From NCBI GenBank assembly GCA_030603365.1, contig JAUVXV010000008.1, positions 85,388 through 149,387 on the forward strand: a stretch of 64,000 nt of DNA. The letters are read 5' to 3'. Shown here piece by piece: positions 40,761-50,180 of the stretch (the stretch's first letter is position 1; each line of letters begins with the position of its first letter). The translations under genes and the position numbers were made by a program. The notes under the pieces were generated by a model that saw only the letters and a list, made by a program, of their open reading frames with translations, was not told the DNA's origin and searched no databases. The stretch comes from Candidatus Heimdallarchaeota archaeon. Lineage in GTDB: Archaea; Asgardarchaeota; Heimdallarchaeia; Heimdallarchaeales; Heimdallarchaeaceae.

Positions 40761-41567
40761 CTATAGAGAGATGTCTTTTTTATCAAAGAGAACTCTTCCT
40801 TCCATACCCCCATGAACCATAATGGTATTTCCAGAAATATGCCCTGCGGCACTATCTGATAACAAGAATACAACTGTTTTAGCAACATCTTCTGATTTTG
40901 CAATTTTTTTCATGGGGATTGTTTGGAGTACTTTCCTTAATTCATTTTTATCTCCTAAAGCTTCTTTCGCCATTTCAGTTAAAACCCATCCAGGTGCGAC
41001 AGTATTAACTCGTCCGAAAGGAGCAAAATTAACAATTTCATTCTTCCATGTATTTGTTAACCCATATTGTAAAGCAGCTTTAGTAGCAGAATAATCAGAG
41101 TGACCAGCTTCACCAAAAAGACCAGCAGTTGAACCAATTAATACTAATGAAGCATTTGAATTGGGATATTCTCTCAGATTTTTAAAAAACTCTTTAACAC
41201 ACAAGAAGACTCCAGTTAGATTTACATCCAGTGTATTCTTCCACTGAACTAAATCTATGTCAGATGTAAGTTTTGGAGAGGAAGACCAGATTCCAGCATT
41301 TGCTATCAACCCATCAATTCTACCAAAATGATTATTTGCTTTTGAAAAAATATCTTGTACATCGCTTTCTTTTCTTAAATCTCCCTTAAGAAGAACGACT
41401 TTTTCAGTAATATACTTATTCTGCAATTCTTGAGCTTTTTTTGCATTTTTATGATAATGAATGGAAACTTTGGTACCTTCAAGAGTTAACTGTTCTATAA
41501 TAGCTCTACCTATACCTCCAGTGCCACCAGTAACAAGAATGTGTTTATCAGTGAGTTCAAGTTCCAT
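40761..41567 (-). CDS. Short-chain dehydrogenase/reductase
   Basis: TGGTGGIG, NAG, YSATK, RVNTVAPG. Confidence 0.92.
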   Translation of the reverse strand: MELELTDKHILVTGGTGGIGRAIIEQLTLEGTKVSIHYHKNAKKAQELQNKYITEKVVLLKGDLRKESDVQDIFSKANNHFGRIDGLIANAGIWSSSPKLTSDIDLVQWKNTLDVNLTGVFLCVKEFFKNLREYPNSNASLVLIGSTAGLFGEAGHSDYSATKAALQYGLTNTWKNEIVNFAPFGRVNTVAPGWVLTEMAKEALGDKNELRKVLQTIPMKKIAKSEDVAKTVVFLLSDSAAGHISGNTIMVHGGMEGRVLFDKKDISL

Positions 41568-41669
41568 GGGTTTAAAAAACTAATACCGGATTTTAAACTT
41601 ATTTGAGTATGATTCCATCTTCATTGAATAAATTTATATTTACTTTTGCTTTCAAAGAAATTGATTAGA

Positions 41670-43067
41670 ATGTCTAACGATTTTATAGATAAAGCATTAA
41701 GTAAGTTAGAATCTTTAAAACTATCTTATGCAGATATTCGTGCAGAAAATTCTCTAATGACACAAATACGTACAGTAAATGGTCGTGTCGAAACCAGTAC
41801 GACAGGTATAGAATCAGGTATAGGAATTAGGATTCTTAGCGATGGTACTTGGGGATTTGCTTACGGTCCAATGGAGAGTTATGAAGATGTAATTGAGATG
41901 GCAATTGAAGTTAATAAACTTAATCTCAGACATAAAAAGAGAGACATCAAACTTGCTGAAGTCAAGATTGTTGAAGATTCTTTTGAAGGAGAACAGAAGA
42001 AGAAAATCGAGGACACAGGTTTTGATGAGAAAATAGAATTAACTTTGGAAGCTGATAAAGCTCAAGAAGATGAAAAGATCAAATCTAGAACAACACTGTA
42101 TAGAGAAGTTCTTAGAAGAATAACACTTGTGACCACCGAAGGAACAAAAATAGAATATAATGTCCCTTATGTCATGATGTATGCACTCTCAGTAGCTAGA
42201 GAGGAAAGTGAAACGATAGAAGGATACAGCAGAATAGGTCATTTAGGTGGTTTAGATATATTTGAACTGAGATCACCATCAGAGTTAGGTGAAAAAGCCA
42301 AGGAAAGAGCACTTGAAGGATTAAAATCTCCCAAAATTAATGGTGGAAGATATCCTGTTGTTTTAGATGGAACAATCAATCATCTCTTTTCTCATGAAGC
42401 TGCAGGTCATAGTGCAGAAGGTGACTTTGTTCAAACTGCTGGAGTTCTAAGAGGGAAAATCGGTAAGAAAGTAGGATCTCCACATGTAAATCTAATCGAT
42501 GATGGTTCTATGAAAGAATCCTCTGGTATCAACTCCTTTGGTTATTTGAAATATGATGATGAAGGCATTCCTGGACAGAAAACCTTTGTAATCAAAGATG
42601 GTATTCTCAAAACTTACTTAAATGATCGAAGTTCAGCAGTTCATTTTGACCAAAAAGCCACTGGAAACTCAAGAGCTGAAGCTTACAATGTCCCCCAAAT
42701 AGTTAGAATGACAAATACTTACATTGCTCCAGCAAGAGAATCAATGAAAGAAGAGGAATTATTGGAACAAGTCAAAAATGGATTACTACTAATGCAAGGA
42801 GGAGGAGGGCAAGTTGATCCAATAAAAGGAACTTTCAATTTCGGTGTCTCTGAGTTGTATGAAATTAAAGATGGGGAAGTAGGACAACGTTATAGACCCA
42901 CAACTTTAGCTGGAAATACTTTAGAGACTCTTATGAAAATTACTGGTGTTTCTTCAGAAATGGGTAATCCTTTAGATAGTATTGGTTTTTGTGGAAAAGA
43001 TGGACAATCTGCACCCGTAGGTGTTACAGCTGGTTGGTTAGCTGTTAAAAATATTGTAGTAGGTTAG
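41670..43067 (+). CDS. tldD: TldD-family metalloprotease
   Basis: HEAAGH..EGD, YDDEG, TGNSR, RMTNTY, CGKDGQ. Start refined to ATG 41670. Confidence 0.92.
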   Translation: MSNDFIDKALSKLESLKLSYADIRAENSLMTQIRTVNGRVETSTTGIESGIGIRILSDGTWGFAYGPMESYEDVIEMAIEVNKLNLRHKKRDIKLAEVKIVEDSFEGEQKKKIEDTGFDEKIELTLEADKAQEDEKIKSRTTLYREVLRRITLVTTEGTKIEYNVPYVMMYALSVAREESETIEGYSRIGHLGGLDIFELRSPSELGEKAKERALEGLKSPKINGGRYPVVLDGTINHLFSHEAAGHSAEGDFVQTAGVLRGKIGKKVGSPHVNLIDDGSMKESSGINSFGYLKYDDEGIPGQKTFVIKDGILKTYLNDRSSAVHFDQKATGNSRAEAYNVPQIVRMTNTYIAPARESMKEEELLEQVKNGLLLMQGGGGQVDPIKGTFNFGVSELYEIKDGEVGQRYRPTTLAGNTLETLMKITGVSSEMGNPLDSIGFCGKDGQSAPVGVTAGWLAVKNIVVG

Positions 43068-44534
43068 GTGGAAGAAATGGTTACAAACAATTTAAACGAG
43101 AAAATCCAAAAAGCTCTTGATATTGGTTTGAAATATGCTAAAAAGGAAGGAGCAGATCATTGTGAGGCATTCGGAGTAAATGAAAAAGCTTTCAATCTAG
43201 AACTCGAGAAAGATAAGCCTAAACACAATATGGGAATTCAACATGGTTTATCCTTCAGAGTCATAGCAAATAGTGCCGCAGGTTTCGCTTACACTTCCTC
43301 TTTTGAAGAAAGAGATATCGAAATGACTGTGAAAATGGCGATTCAATGTGCCAAAACAAAGGAAAAAGACCCAGATTTACAACCTTTTCCTGAACCCAAG
43401 AAAAATACTGCAAAATTACCCTTAGATAAGAAACTCTATTCAGTTGATTCAAATACTATTGCGGAACTATTTGCAGAAATGCTACCTGAAGATCTTCCAA
43501 AGAATACATATTTCTTGCAAGCTATGGGGTTGGTTGGAATAGGAGATTCTTTTCTAAAATCTTCTCAAGGATTAGATTTAGTAGAAAAGGGCGCAGGATA
43601 TGGTTTCGGAATAGGTTTTCTTTCAACACATGGTTTTCCTAATTATGATTTTCATTTCGCAGGATCTCGTTCTTTGGATGGTATAAACCCTAAAGAAATT
43701 ACTAAGATAGCTATTGAAAAAACTTTGAATTCGGCTAAACCACAAACTATGTCTCTTGCTGGTGAGTATCCAGTAATTATCACTCCAGAAGGTTCTTATG
43801 GTCTCTTTGGTGGATTATTTACTATTTTAACTAACTTGTTAAAAGGAGATAAAGCTTCAAGAGGAGAGACAGTTTATGCTGATAAAATTGGAGAGCAAAT
43901 TGCTCCAGATAACTTCACTTTAGTTGATGATCCCCTTCACCTTGACATGATAACTTCTACTCTTTACGATGGAGAAGGAATTCCTACTGAAAGAACAAAA
44001 CTAATAGAAAATGGGATTTTGAAAACATATTACCTCGATAATTACTATGCTAGAAAACTAAATATGGATAGCAATGGTAAAGCACAACGTGGAGGATTCT
44101 TTGGAGGAAGTCCTGCAAAAACACCTCCAACAATTGGTTCATATGCTACAATTATTGATGCTGGTGATTCTTCACTTGATGAAATGCTTTCAGAAACAAA
44201 AGAAGGTTTCATGCTAAAAAGCTTCATGGGAATTCATATGTCTGATTTCAGCAGTGGAAGATTTGCAGTAACAGGTTCAGGTTGGTATGTTAAAGATGGT
44301 GAAACTAAGTATCCAGTTCAAGACATATCTATTTCTGGTACAATTCCTGAGCTTCTGATGAATATAGATATGATTTCGAAAGAGAGAACGAAGGGACTAA
44401 ATAACGAAGTACCTTATGTCAGAGTTTCTGAACTTAGTGTCACAGCTAAGAAACTTGATTTCAAAGTGAGGTTTGGTTTGAAAATGTTAAAAACACTTGT
44501 TAAATTGGGGATAGTGAAAAATCCCTTTATTTAA
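43068..44534 (+). CDS. pmbA: TldE/PmbA-family protein with C-terminal extension
   Basis: DDP, YDGEG, SGRF, ISG, no HExxxH; follows tldD. Probable start ATG 43077. Confidence 0.88.
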   Translation: MEEMVTNNLNEKIQKALDIGLKYAKKEGADHCEAFGVNEKAFNLELEKDKPKHNMGIQHGLSFRVIANSAAGFAYTSSFEERDIEMTVKMAIQCAKTKEKDPDLQPFPEPKKNTAKLPLDKKLYSVDSNTIAELFAEMLPEDLPKNTYFLQAMGLVGIGDSFLKSSQGLDLVEKGAGYGFGIGFLSTHGFPNYDFHFAGSRSLDGINPKEITKIAIEKTLNSAKPQTMSLAGEYPVIITPEGSYGLFGGLFTILTNLLKGDKASRGETVYADKIGEQIAPDNFTLVDDPLHLDMITSTLYDGEGIPTERTKLIENGILKTYYLDNYYARKLNMDSNGKAQRGGFFGGSPAKTPPTIGSYATIIDAGDSSLDEMLSETKEGFMLKSFMGIHMSDFSSGRFAVTGSGWYVKDGETKYPVQDISISGTIPELLMNIDMISKERTKGLNNEVPYVRVSELSVTAKKLDFKVRFGLKMLKTLVKLGIVKNPFI

Positions 44535-44570
44535 TTTTTTTAAAAACAAGAAAAAGAAAAAGAAAAGTTG
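44530..44570. terminator. Probable bidirectional archaeal oligo-T terminator region
   Basis: T7 run on the + strand after pmbA and (T5C)n on the - strand after the surface-protein gene, between convergent genes. Confidence 0.4.
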
Positions 44571-44580
44571 AGATAGAATT

Positions 44581-47388
44581 TTATCTCTTTTTTACAAATA
44601 TTACTGCGCTAACTATTGCTGCGAATCCAAGAATTGTTAGTATTGATATTAACCCATATTCTGGAACAGCAGGCAATCCACCTAACACTGAATATAGATC
44701 AGGTAAAGCTCTGAATGTACTACCTATCATGATTTCCATGTAGGCTGAAACAAGACCACCGTTCATACCATAATCTGGTGTCTGTGTCATTTCAAAGTCA
44801 AAGCTTGTTTTTAAGCCTGCCCCCAATACTACGCCAGTTAGTTCATCAACACCTACCCAAATGGTACCTCTTAACCAACCTTCTTGAGTTGTAGTTTCCC
44901 ATACATAATCTCCATTAAGATTTGAAAATTCTACGTCTAGAATAGCATCAACTGAAACATAGTAGTAGATAATAGGATTACCTGCACCTGTATAGTAGTA
45001 TTGATCTGCAACAAGATTCAAATCCAAATCATAGAGATTGAAATTAGTGTTTTGAGTAGATAAAGCATTTAATGCAGATTCTATATAGGTAGTTGTTCCG
45101 AAGATGGAATTCAAGGTTGTCCAAACACCATCAAGAAGTTCAAAATCTGTTGACCATTGAGGACCTTGTGGTGAGAATATTGGCCATTCATATATATCAA
45201 TTTCTGGTACTTTTGAAGTGTTTGAAGGATCATACATTGTCAATTCAGCTTCTGCCCAGAGACCATCGTAGCCTATCATATCAACACCTAATAATGGATT
45301 ACCAATTGCGCTAAGACCGTTATTCTTGAATTCAACTACATCATCAACAAAGTCAGGACTAGCTGTTGGTGGTAAATCGAAGTAGAACACGAAGTTATTG
45401 ATCGAATACAACCAAGAATCTGGTGTTGGTATCACTGGTGTAATATTATCAGCTCTTGATGGATCTAACTCTAGAGTTATTCCAGCCCAAACATCTTCCA
45501 TTGAATTGAAGCTAAGATCACTTGTAACGTTTAGCAGATAACCAGTTGCTGTATCGTAACACCATGTAACATTCATAGATAATTCTGGATCAGCATCATA
45601 TAACTTGAAATCCATCCAGAATAAGTTGTTTCCAGCATCATATGTTGTTGTTATTTCTTCAGTAGTGTTACCATCCACTCTATACTTAGAGTAAGCATCC
45701 ATTGATACCCAATCTGTAGTTCCTGCATAAAATGTTTGCATTGGAACAACTGGAGTATTGAAATGTCCGTAGTCATGTGATCCCCAATCGAATTCCCAGT
45801 CTCTATCCAAAGTCTCTTCTAGATCAGTTAACATTGTGAAACCCATCATTGGAGTTGGAATTACTGAACCTGGTGCTAAAGTGAAGTCGAAGTATGGTAG
45901 ATTCATATAATAGAACGGACCTGCGTGCCATAACCAATCTAATGCATTTGAACTTGAAACTAATGTTGCATATAGATAACCATTTTCATAACCTTCACGA
46001 TATTGGTTTCCATACATGAAATTAGCTCCTTCTTCATAAGGAAGGGATGGTGAGGGATATGGTAAGCTTGCGGGAGTATTATCTGCAGGTTGACTAGTGA
46101 GTTTATCGTCTGCACCAATTGCAAAACCATCATAATATGGTTCCCAATCATAGTTCTCCATACCATGCATGTAATCTTCTCCAACGGAGTAACCATACTG
46201 ACCGTCATCGTATCCGGCAACATAACCATCAAAAGCTCCTGCGTTATAACCGTGTGCCCAAGAATCTCTGGGATCATAGTAAGGTTCGTAGAAATTGAAT
46301 GGATAACTGTTGTAACCATCATTTTGGCCACTCCAGTAGTAATTTCTATATCCTTCTAAATATCCGCTCCAGAAGGTATCATGAGCGGAATCGTATAAAT
46401 CGCCATAGAGTTCATTATTGAAGTTTATTTTAGCTGCTTCATATCGAAAACCTCTACTGTAAAACATCTCATACCATCTTTGATAGTCCATATATCTTCC
46501 GAAATCATAGACATCTGAGGGAGCAGGTATAGTACCTGGATAGCGTTTGTCTGGGATTTTAGTTGAGTTGAAATCAAGTCTTCCTTGGAGAAAACCTTCT
46601 TCCCAAGCCTCATTGAAACCAAAGTAAAATCCGTCTAGTGCAAGAGACCAATCATCCCAAGCTGGATTAGCAGAGCTCTCATGGTATCCGTCGTAACCGA
46701 TTCTATAGCCTAAGTAGTATCCTAAGTCATTAGCAAACCATTCAATACTATCGTCACCATACATGTATTCATCTGGCCACCAAGCACTGAATCCCCAGCC
46801 TTGATCAGCTTCAAACCAACCGTTATTGAATCCGCTTACAAATGACATGTTGAAAGAAGACCAGAAATTCTCGTTGATTGGATCTCTGAAATTAGCATAA
46901 GGCCAATAATCGTGGTAATACGAATAGTCTGTGTTTCCAAAATCATCTGGGAATGTGAACTGAGAAACGTCTGCATATACGCCTAATTCTTGATCTAATT
47001 TCAAGAATGAGTATATTTGCATAGCATTGACAAGTGTGCCGTTAACATATGTGCCACCGACATCATCCCACTCATAGAGATTAATATCATCTACTAATCC
47101 TAGATAGGTAATCAATTCAGTTCCTTCTAATGTTCCGAGTATTCCCTTATCAAAATCTGGGCCACCCACCTGCTCTAAAAGCATGTCTAGTATTTCCCAA
47201 ATTCCATCACCATATTCAAATCTTGATACATTGTAAACAATTTTATCGCCACTTACAGCAGCGTTAAGTTCAGGGGATGATGGAAAAGAGATATCTTGAC
47301 TTGCGTCTACAGCTAAAGGAGTCGCCGAGTTTATAAAAGGCATTAATAATATTAATAAGCCTATTCCTAAAAATATCTTTTTTTTCAT
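44581..47388 (-). CDS. Large acidic cell-surface protein with GY/GF helical repeats and PEF-CTERM-like sorting signal
   Basis: Signal peptide; D/Y/G/W-rich; C-terminal VPEYG + TM helix + KKR. Confidence 0.8.
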   Translation of the reverse strand: MKKKIFLGIGLLILLMPFINSATPLAVDASQDISFPSSPELNAAVSGDKIVYNVSRFEYGDGIWEILDMLLEQVGGPDFDKGILGTLEGTELITYLGLVDDINLYEWDDVGGTYVNGTLVNAMQIYSFLKLDQELGVYADVSQFTFPDDFGNTDYSYYHDYWPYANFRDPINENFWSSFNMSFVSGFNNGWFEADQGWGFSAWWPDEYMYGDDSIEWFANDLGYYLGYRIGYDGYHESSANPAWDDWSLALDGFYFGFNEAWEEGFLQGRLDFNSTKIPDKRYPGTIPAPSDVYDFGRYMDYQRWYEMFYSRGFRYEAAKINFNNELYGDLYDSAHDTFWSGYLEGYRNYYWSGQNDGYNSYPFNFYEPYYDPRDSWAHGYNAGAFDGYVAGYDDGQYGYSVGEDYMHGMENYDWEPYYDGFAIGADDKLTSQPADNTPASLPYPSPSLPYEEGANFMYGNQYREGYENGYLYATLVSSSNALDWLWHAGPFYYMNLPYFDFTLAPGSVIPTPMMGFTMLTDLEETLDRDWEFDWGSHDYGHFNTPVVPMQTFYAGTTDWVSMDAYSKYRVDGNTTEEITTTYDAGNNLFWMDFKLYDADPELSMNVTWCYDTATGYLLNVTSDLSFNSMEDVWAGITLELDPSRADNITPVIPTPDSWLYSINNFVFYFDLPPTASPDFVDDVVEFKNNGLSAIGNPLLGVDMIGYDGLWAEAELTMYDPSNTSKVPEIDIYEWPIFSPQGPQWSTDFELLDGVWTTLNSIFGTTTYIESALNALSTQNTNFNLYDLDLNLVADQYYYTGAGNPIIYYYVSVDAILDVEFSNLNGDYVWETTTQEGWLRGTIWVGVDELTGVVLGAGLKTSFDFEMTQTPDYGMNGGLVSAYMEIMIGSTFRALPDLYSVLGGLPAVPEYGLISILTILGFAAIVSAVIFVKKR

Positions 47389-47577
47389 AGTTGAACCCCT
47401 CTTGGTTCTTATACATTATAATGAAAAATCCCTTTAAAAACATAATGTTAGGTTTTTTTCGAACCTGTGTTTTAGAGATAATAACGTTGCAGAATCTAAT
47501 TAACATAAAACCAAGTATATTTTATGTAGAACACTTGAAAATTAAGATTAAAGAGAAGATAGAAGTGAGAAATTTCT

Positions 47578-47763
47578 CTAATCTAATTCTGCTGGTTGTT
47601 CAAATTGGCTTCCAAAAAATTCAAAAATCTGATAGCTACCACAGTCTTTACAATAGAAAGTTAAACAGAAGGCTTTGTCTCTATTTTCTCCAATAAATTG
47701 TTGTTCTCGGTCTTGCTCACAGAATTTGCAATAAATTTTAAGTTTAGGTACTTCCTCTGCCAT
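47578..47763 (-). CDS. Small zinc-ribbon protein
   Basis: CKFC...CKDCG; GGTGA SD just upstream of the ATG. Confidence 0.7.
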   Translation of the reverse strand: MAEEVPKLKIYCKFCEQDREQQFIGENRDKAFCLTFYCKDCGSYQIFEFFGSQFEQPAELD

Positions 47764-47817
47764 TTGTTCTCACCACTGATTCTTTTAATCATTTTTAAAT
47801 TATTTCATTTTTCTGTT

Positions 47818-48978
47818 TCAGTACTCTAAAAACTTTGTTAATCTATGTAGAACATCTTCTATCTTTGGTAGACTGACTGAACCAAAACTTGCTCTTATAT
47901 TGTGTGTTTGCGTTGGTCCAAATTCAGTTCCTGGAACCAAAACCACTCTTGCTTCCTTAAAAGCTTCGTCGGAGAATTCCTTACCTGTTGGATATTTGGA
48001 TTCTGAGATATCTGGATAGCAATAAAATGATCCTGATGATTTATGGCATCTAATACCTTCAATTGAGTTGAAACCATCAACAATTGTATCTCTTCTCTGT
48101 TGAAACTCTTTTCTCATAAATTCTTGAAATTCTTGTGCTTCTTCCGTTTCCATATAATTTGCGAGAGCTATTTGAGTAGGGGTTGTTGCGTTTGCAATGA
48201 CATAAGTATGATAACCTAGTATTGGTTTCATTATTTCAGCTGTTGATACTCCAAATCCCATTCTCCACCCAGGAATAGCGAAAGTTTTTGAGAATGAATT
48301 AGCAGTTAGTGTCCTTTCATAAGCATCATCTATTGCACCAATGTGAACATGTTTCTTCTCATCGAATGTAAAGTATTCATAAACCTCATCACTTATTATC
48401 ATCAAATTATTATCTACAGCTACATCTACAAGCGCTTTTAATTCTTTTTTCTCCATAATTGCTCCTGTTGGATTGCTAGGAAAATTCAGAATCATCATCT
48501 TTGTTTTTTTATTTACCAACTCTTTCATTTTCTCTATGTCAATTTTAAAATCAGAAGTAGATGGCATCCAAACTGTTTTTCCTCCAGCTAATTGAACTTG
48601 GTGAGGATAAGTTAAGAACGAAGGATCTTGAATGAGTACTTCTTCACCTTTCTTTAGATAAGTCTGTAATGCGACGTAAATTAACTCAACACCACCACAA
48701 GTAATTATAACTTCATCTAAACTATAATCGACACCATATTCATTTTTATACTTTCTAGAAATCATATTTCGAAGTTTAGAATTCCCTGGTGATTGATCAT
48801 AATTATTGTAATTGAAGTCTATAGCATTCATAGCAGCTTTCTTCAAGCCATCAGGAGTTTGAATATCTGGAGCACCTATACCTAAGGAAATCGTATCAGG
48901 GATCCCTTGTGCTCTAGCAAATAATTCTCGAATACCACTTGGCTTTATTTTTTGCATTTTTTCTGAGTGAAAAATCAT
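47818..48978 (-). CDS. PLP-dependent aminotransferase, class I/II
   Basis: NFPSNPTG, SDEVY, SFSKTFAIPGWRMG. Confidence 0.93.
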   Translation of the reverse strand: MIFHSEKMQKIKPSGIRELFARAQGIPDTISLGIGAPDIQTPDGLKKAAMNAIDFNYNNYDQSPGNSKLRNMISRKYKNEYGVDYSLDEVIITCGGVELIYVALQTYLKKGEEVLIQDPSFLTYPHQVQLAGGKTVWMPSTSDFKIDIEKMKELVNKKTKMMILNFPSNPTGAIMEKKELKALVDVAVDNNLMIISDEVYEYFTFDEKKHVHIGAIDDAYERTLTANSFSKTFAIPGWRMGFGVSTAEIMKPILGYHTYVIANATTPTQIALANYMETEEAQEFQEFMRKEFQQRRDTIVDGFNSIEGIRCHKSSGSFYCYPDISESKYPTGKEFSDEAFKEARVVLVPGTEFGPTQTHNIRASFGSVSLPKIEDVLHRLTKFLEY

Positions 48979-49038
48979 CTATAACCAAGACGAGAAAAAA
49001 TAGAGCAAAATTAAATCTTTGCCTTCAACACTTAAAAT

Positions 49039-50103
49039 TTATTCTTCCAACAATGTTAAAATTTTTGTTATTGGTGATTCGAGTTCAGTTAAAATCTGCT
49101 TGGTTTTACTTCTAATTGCAGATTTGTATTCTGTTTTATCAATTAGCTCTTTAGCTCTTCTAATTGCTGATTCAATTGTATATTCGTTATAAAGAGGGAT
49201 GCCGATATTTGATATATATTCAAGAACATCAAGTGGTTTAGGATAATAAGAAATAGACGGAGTTCCCAAGGCAGCAGCTTCTCTAGCCATGGTTGCCCCA
49301 CCTGTTATGCACAAATCAGAGTAGTAATACAAAGACAGGGTATCTACAGCTCTTGGAGGAACGATAATTCTGTTTTTAAATTTCTTCTTAAGATAATTTC
49401 TTTGGCTTTCATATCTTGGAAAAATAATAGCTCGTCCATCATATTCCTTGAATATCTCATTTAATATTTCATCTAGAAAAGTACGATCAGCCATGTTTCG
49501 ATCTAGCATATAAGCAGCGCTGCTCTCTTCAGGTCTTCCAACAATATAATTATCATCTCTATGTAATCCAAGAATATCTAAAACCTCTTCATTTGGCTTA
49601 AAATCTCTTAACCACGCAACTTCATCAATTCCGTCATAGGGTTGTAATTGCTCCTGAGTAGCTCCCAGTTTTATCCACTTATTTTGGTCTATACATGAAC
49701 TGTAAACTAAGTATTTAGACAAGGGGATAGTTAATTTTCCTACAGCCTTTGCATGAGGTGAGTCATTTATAGTAATTGCTGGAATACCCAATCCAAACGC
49801 AACACGAATGGATTCAGGAGAAGAAAATGAAATATGGTAATCTGGTTTAGCTCCAAGCTGATTAATATATTTAGCAAGTAAAGAGATTCTTTCATTACCT
49901 GCCATTAGTTTACCAAAAAGAGTTCCACCGCCATGTTTTCCTAGAATTTCAACATCTAAATCCAGCAGAAAGAACAGACTAGCTACATAATCATAATTTC
50001 GGCAAGTGAAAATTACCTCATGACCAAGTTCTTCTAATTCCTTTGCAATTGCATTAAACAACAAAGGTTCTTTTGCGGTTACAGCATCAAACCAGAATAT
50101 CAT
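49039..50103 (-). CDS. DUF354-family protein (GT-B-fold-like)
   Basis: WFD, GKHGG, SPE..RVAFGLGIP, NDSPHA, R.EE..A.Y, TMAREAA.LGTP. Confidence 0.88.
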   Translation of the reverse strand: MIFWFDAVTAKEPLLFNAIAKELEELGHEVIFTCRNYDYVASLFFLLDLDVEILGKHGGGTLFGKLMAGNERISLLAKYINQLGAKPDYHISFSSPESIRVAFGLGIPAITINDSPHAKAVGKLTIPLSKYLVYSSCIDQNKWIKLGATQEQLQPYDGIDEVAWLRDFKPNEEVLDILGLHRDDNYIVGRPEESSAAYMLDRNMADRTFLDEILNEIFKEYDGRAIIFPRYESQRNYLKKKFKNRIIVPPRAVDTLSLYYYSDLCITGGATMAREAAALGTPSISYYPKPLDVLEYISNIGIPLYNEYTIESAIRRAKELIDKTEYKSAIRSKTKQILTELESPITKILTLLEE

Positions 50104-50180
50104 TACTGTTCATCTAGTTTAATTACAAAAAAATCTTGTGTTTTGGTTTGAAAAAGAAAAAATGAGAAAAAAGGAGAGAT

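Noticed and set aside
47391-47696. 101-aa + strand ORF and several short AT-rich palindromes upstream of the surface-protein gene
   Set aside because: The ORF overlaps the zinc-ribbon gene antisense and has no motifs; such palindromes are expected by chance at this AT content.
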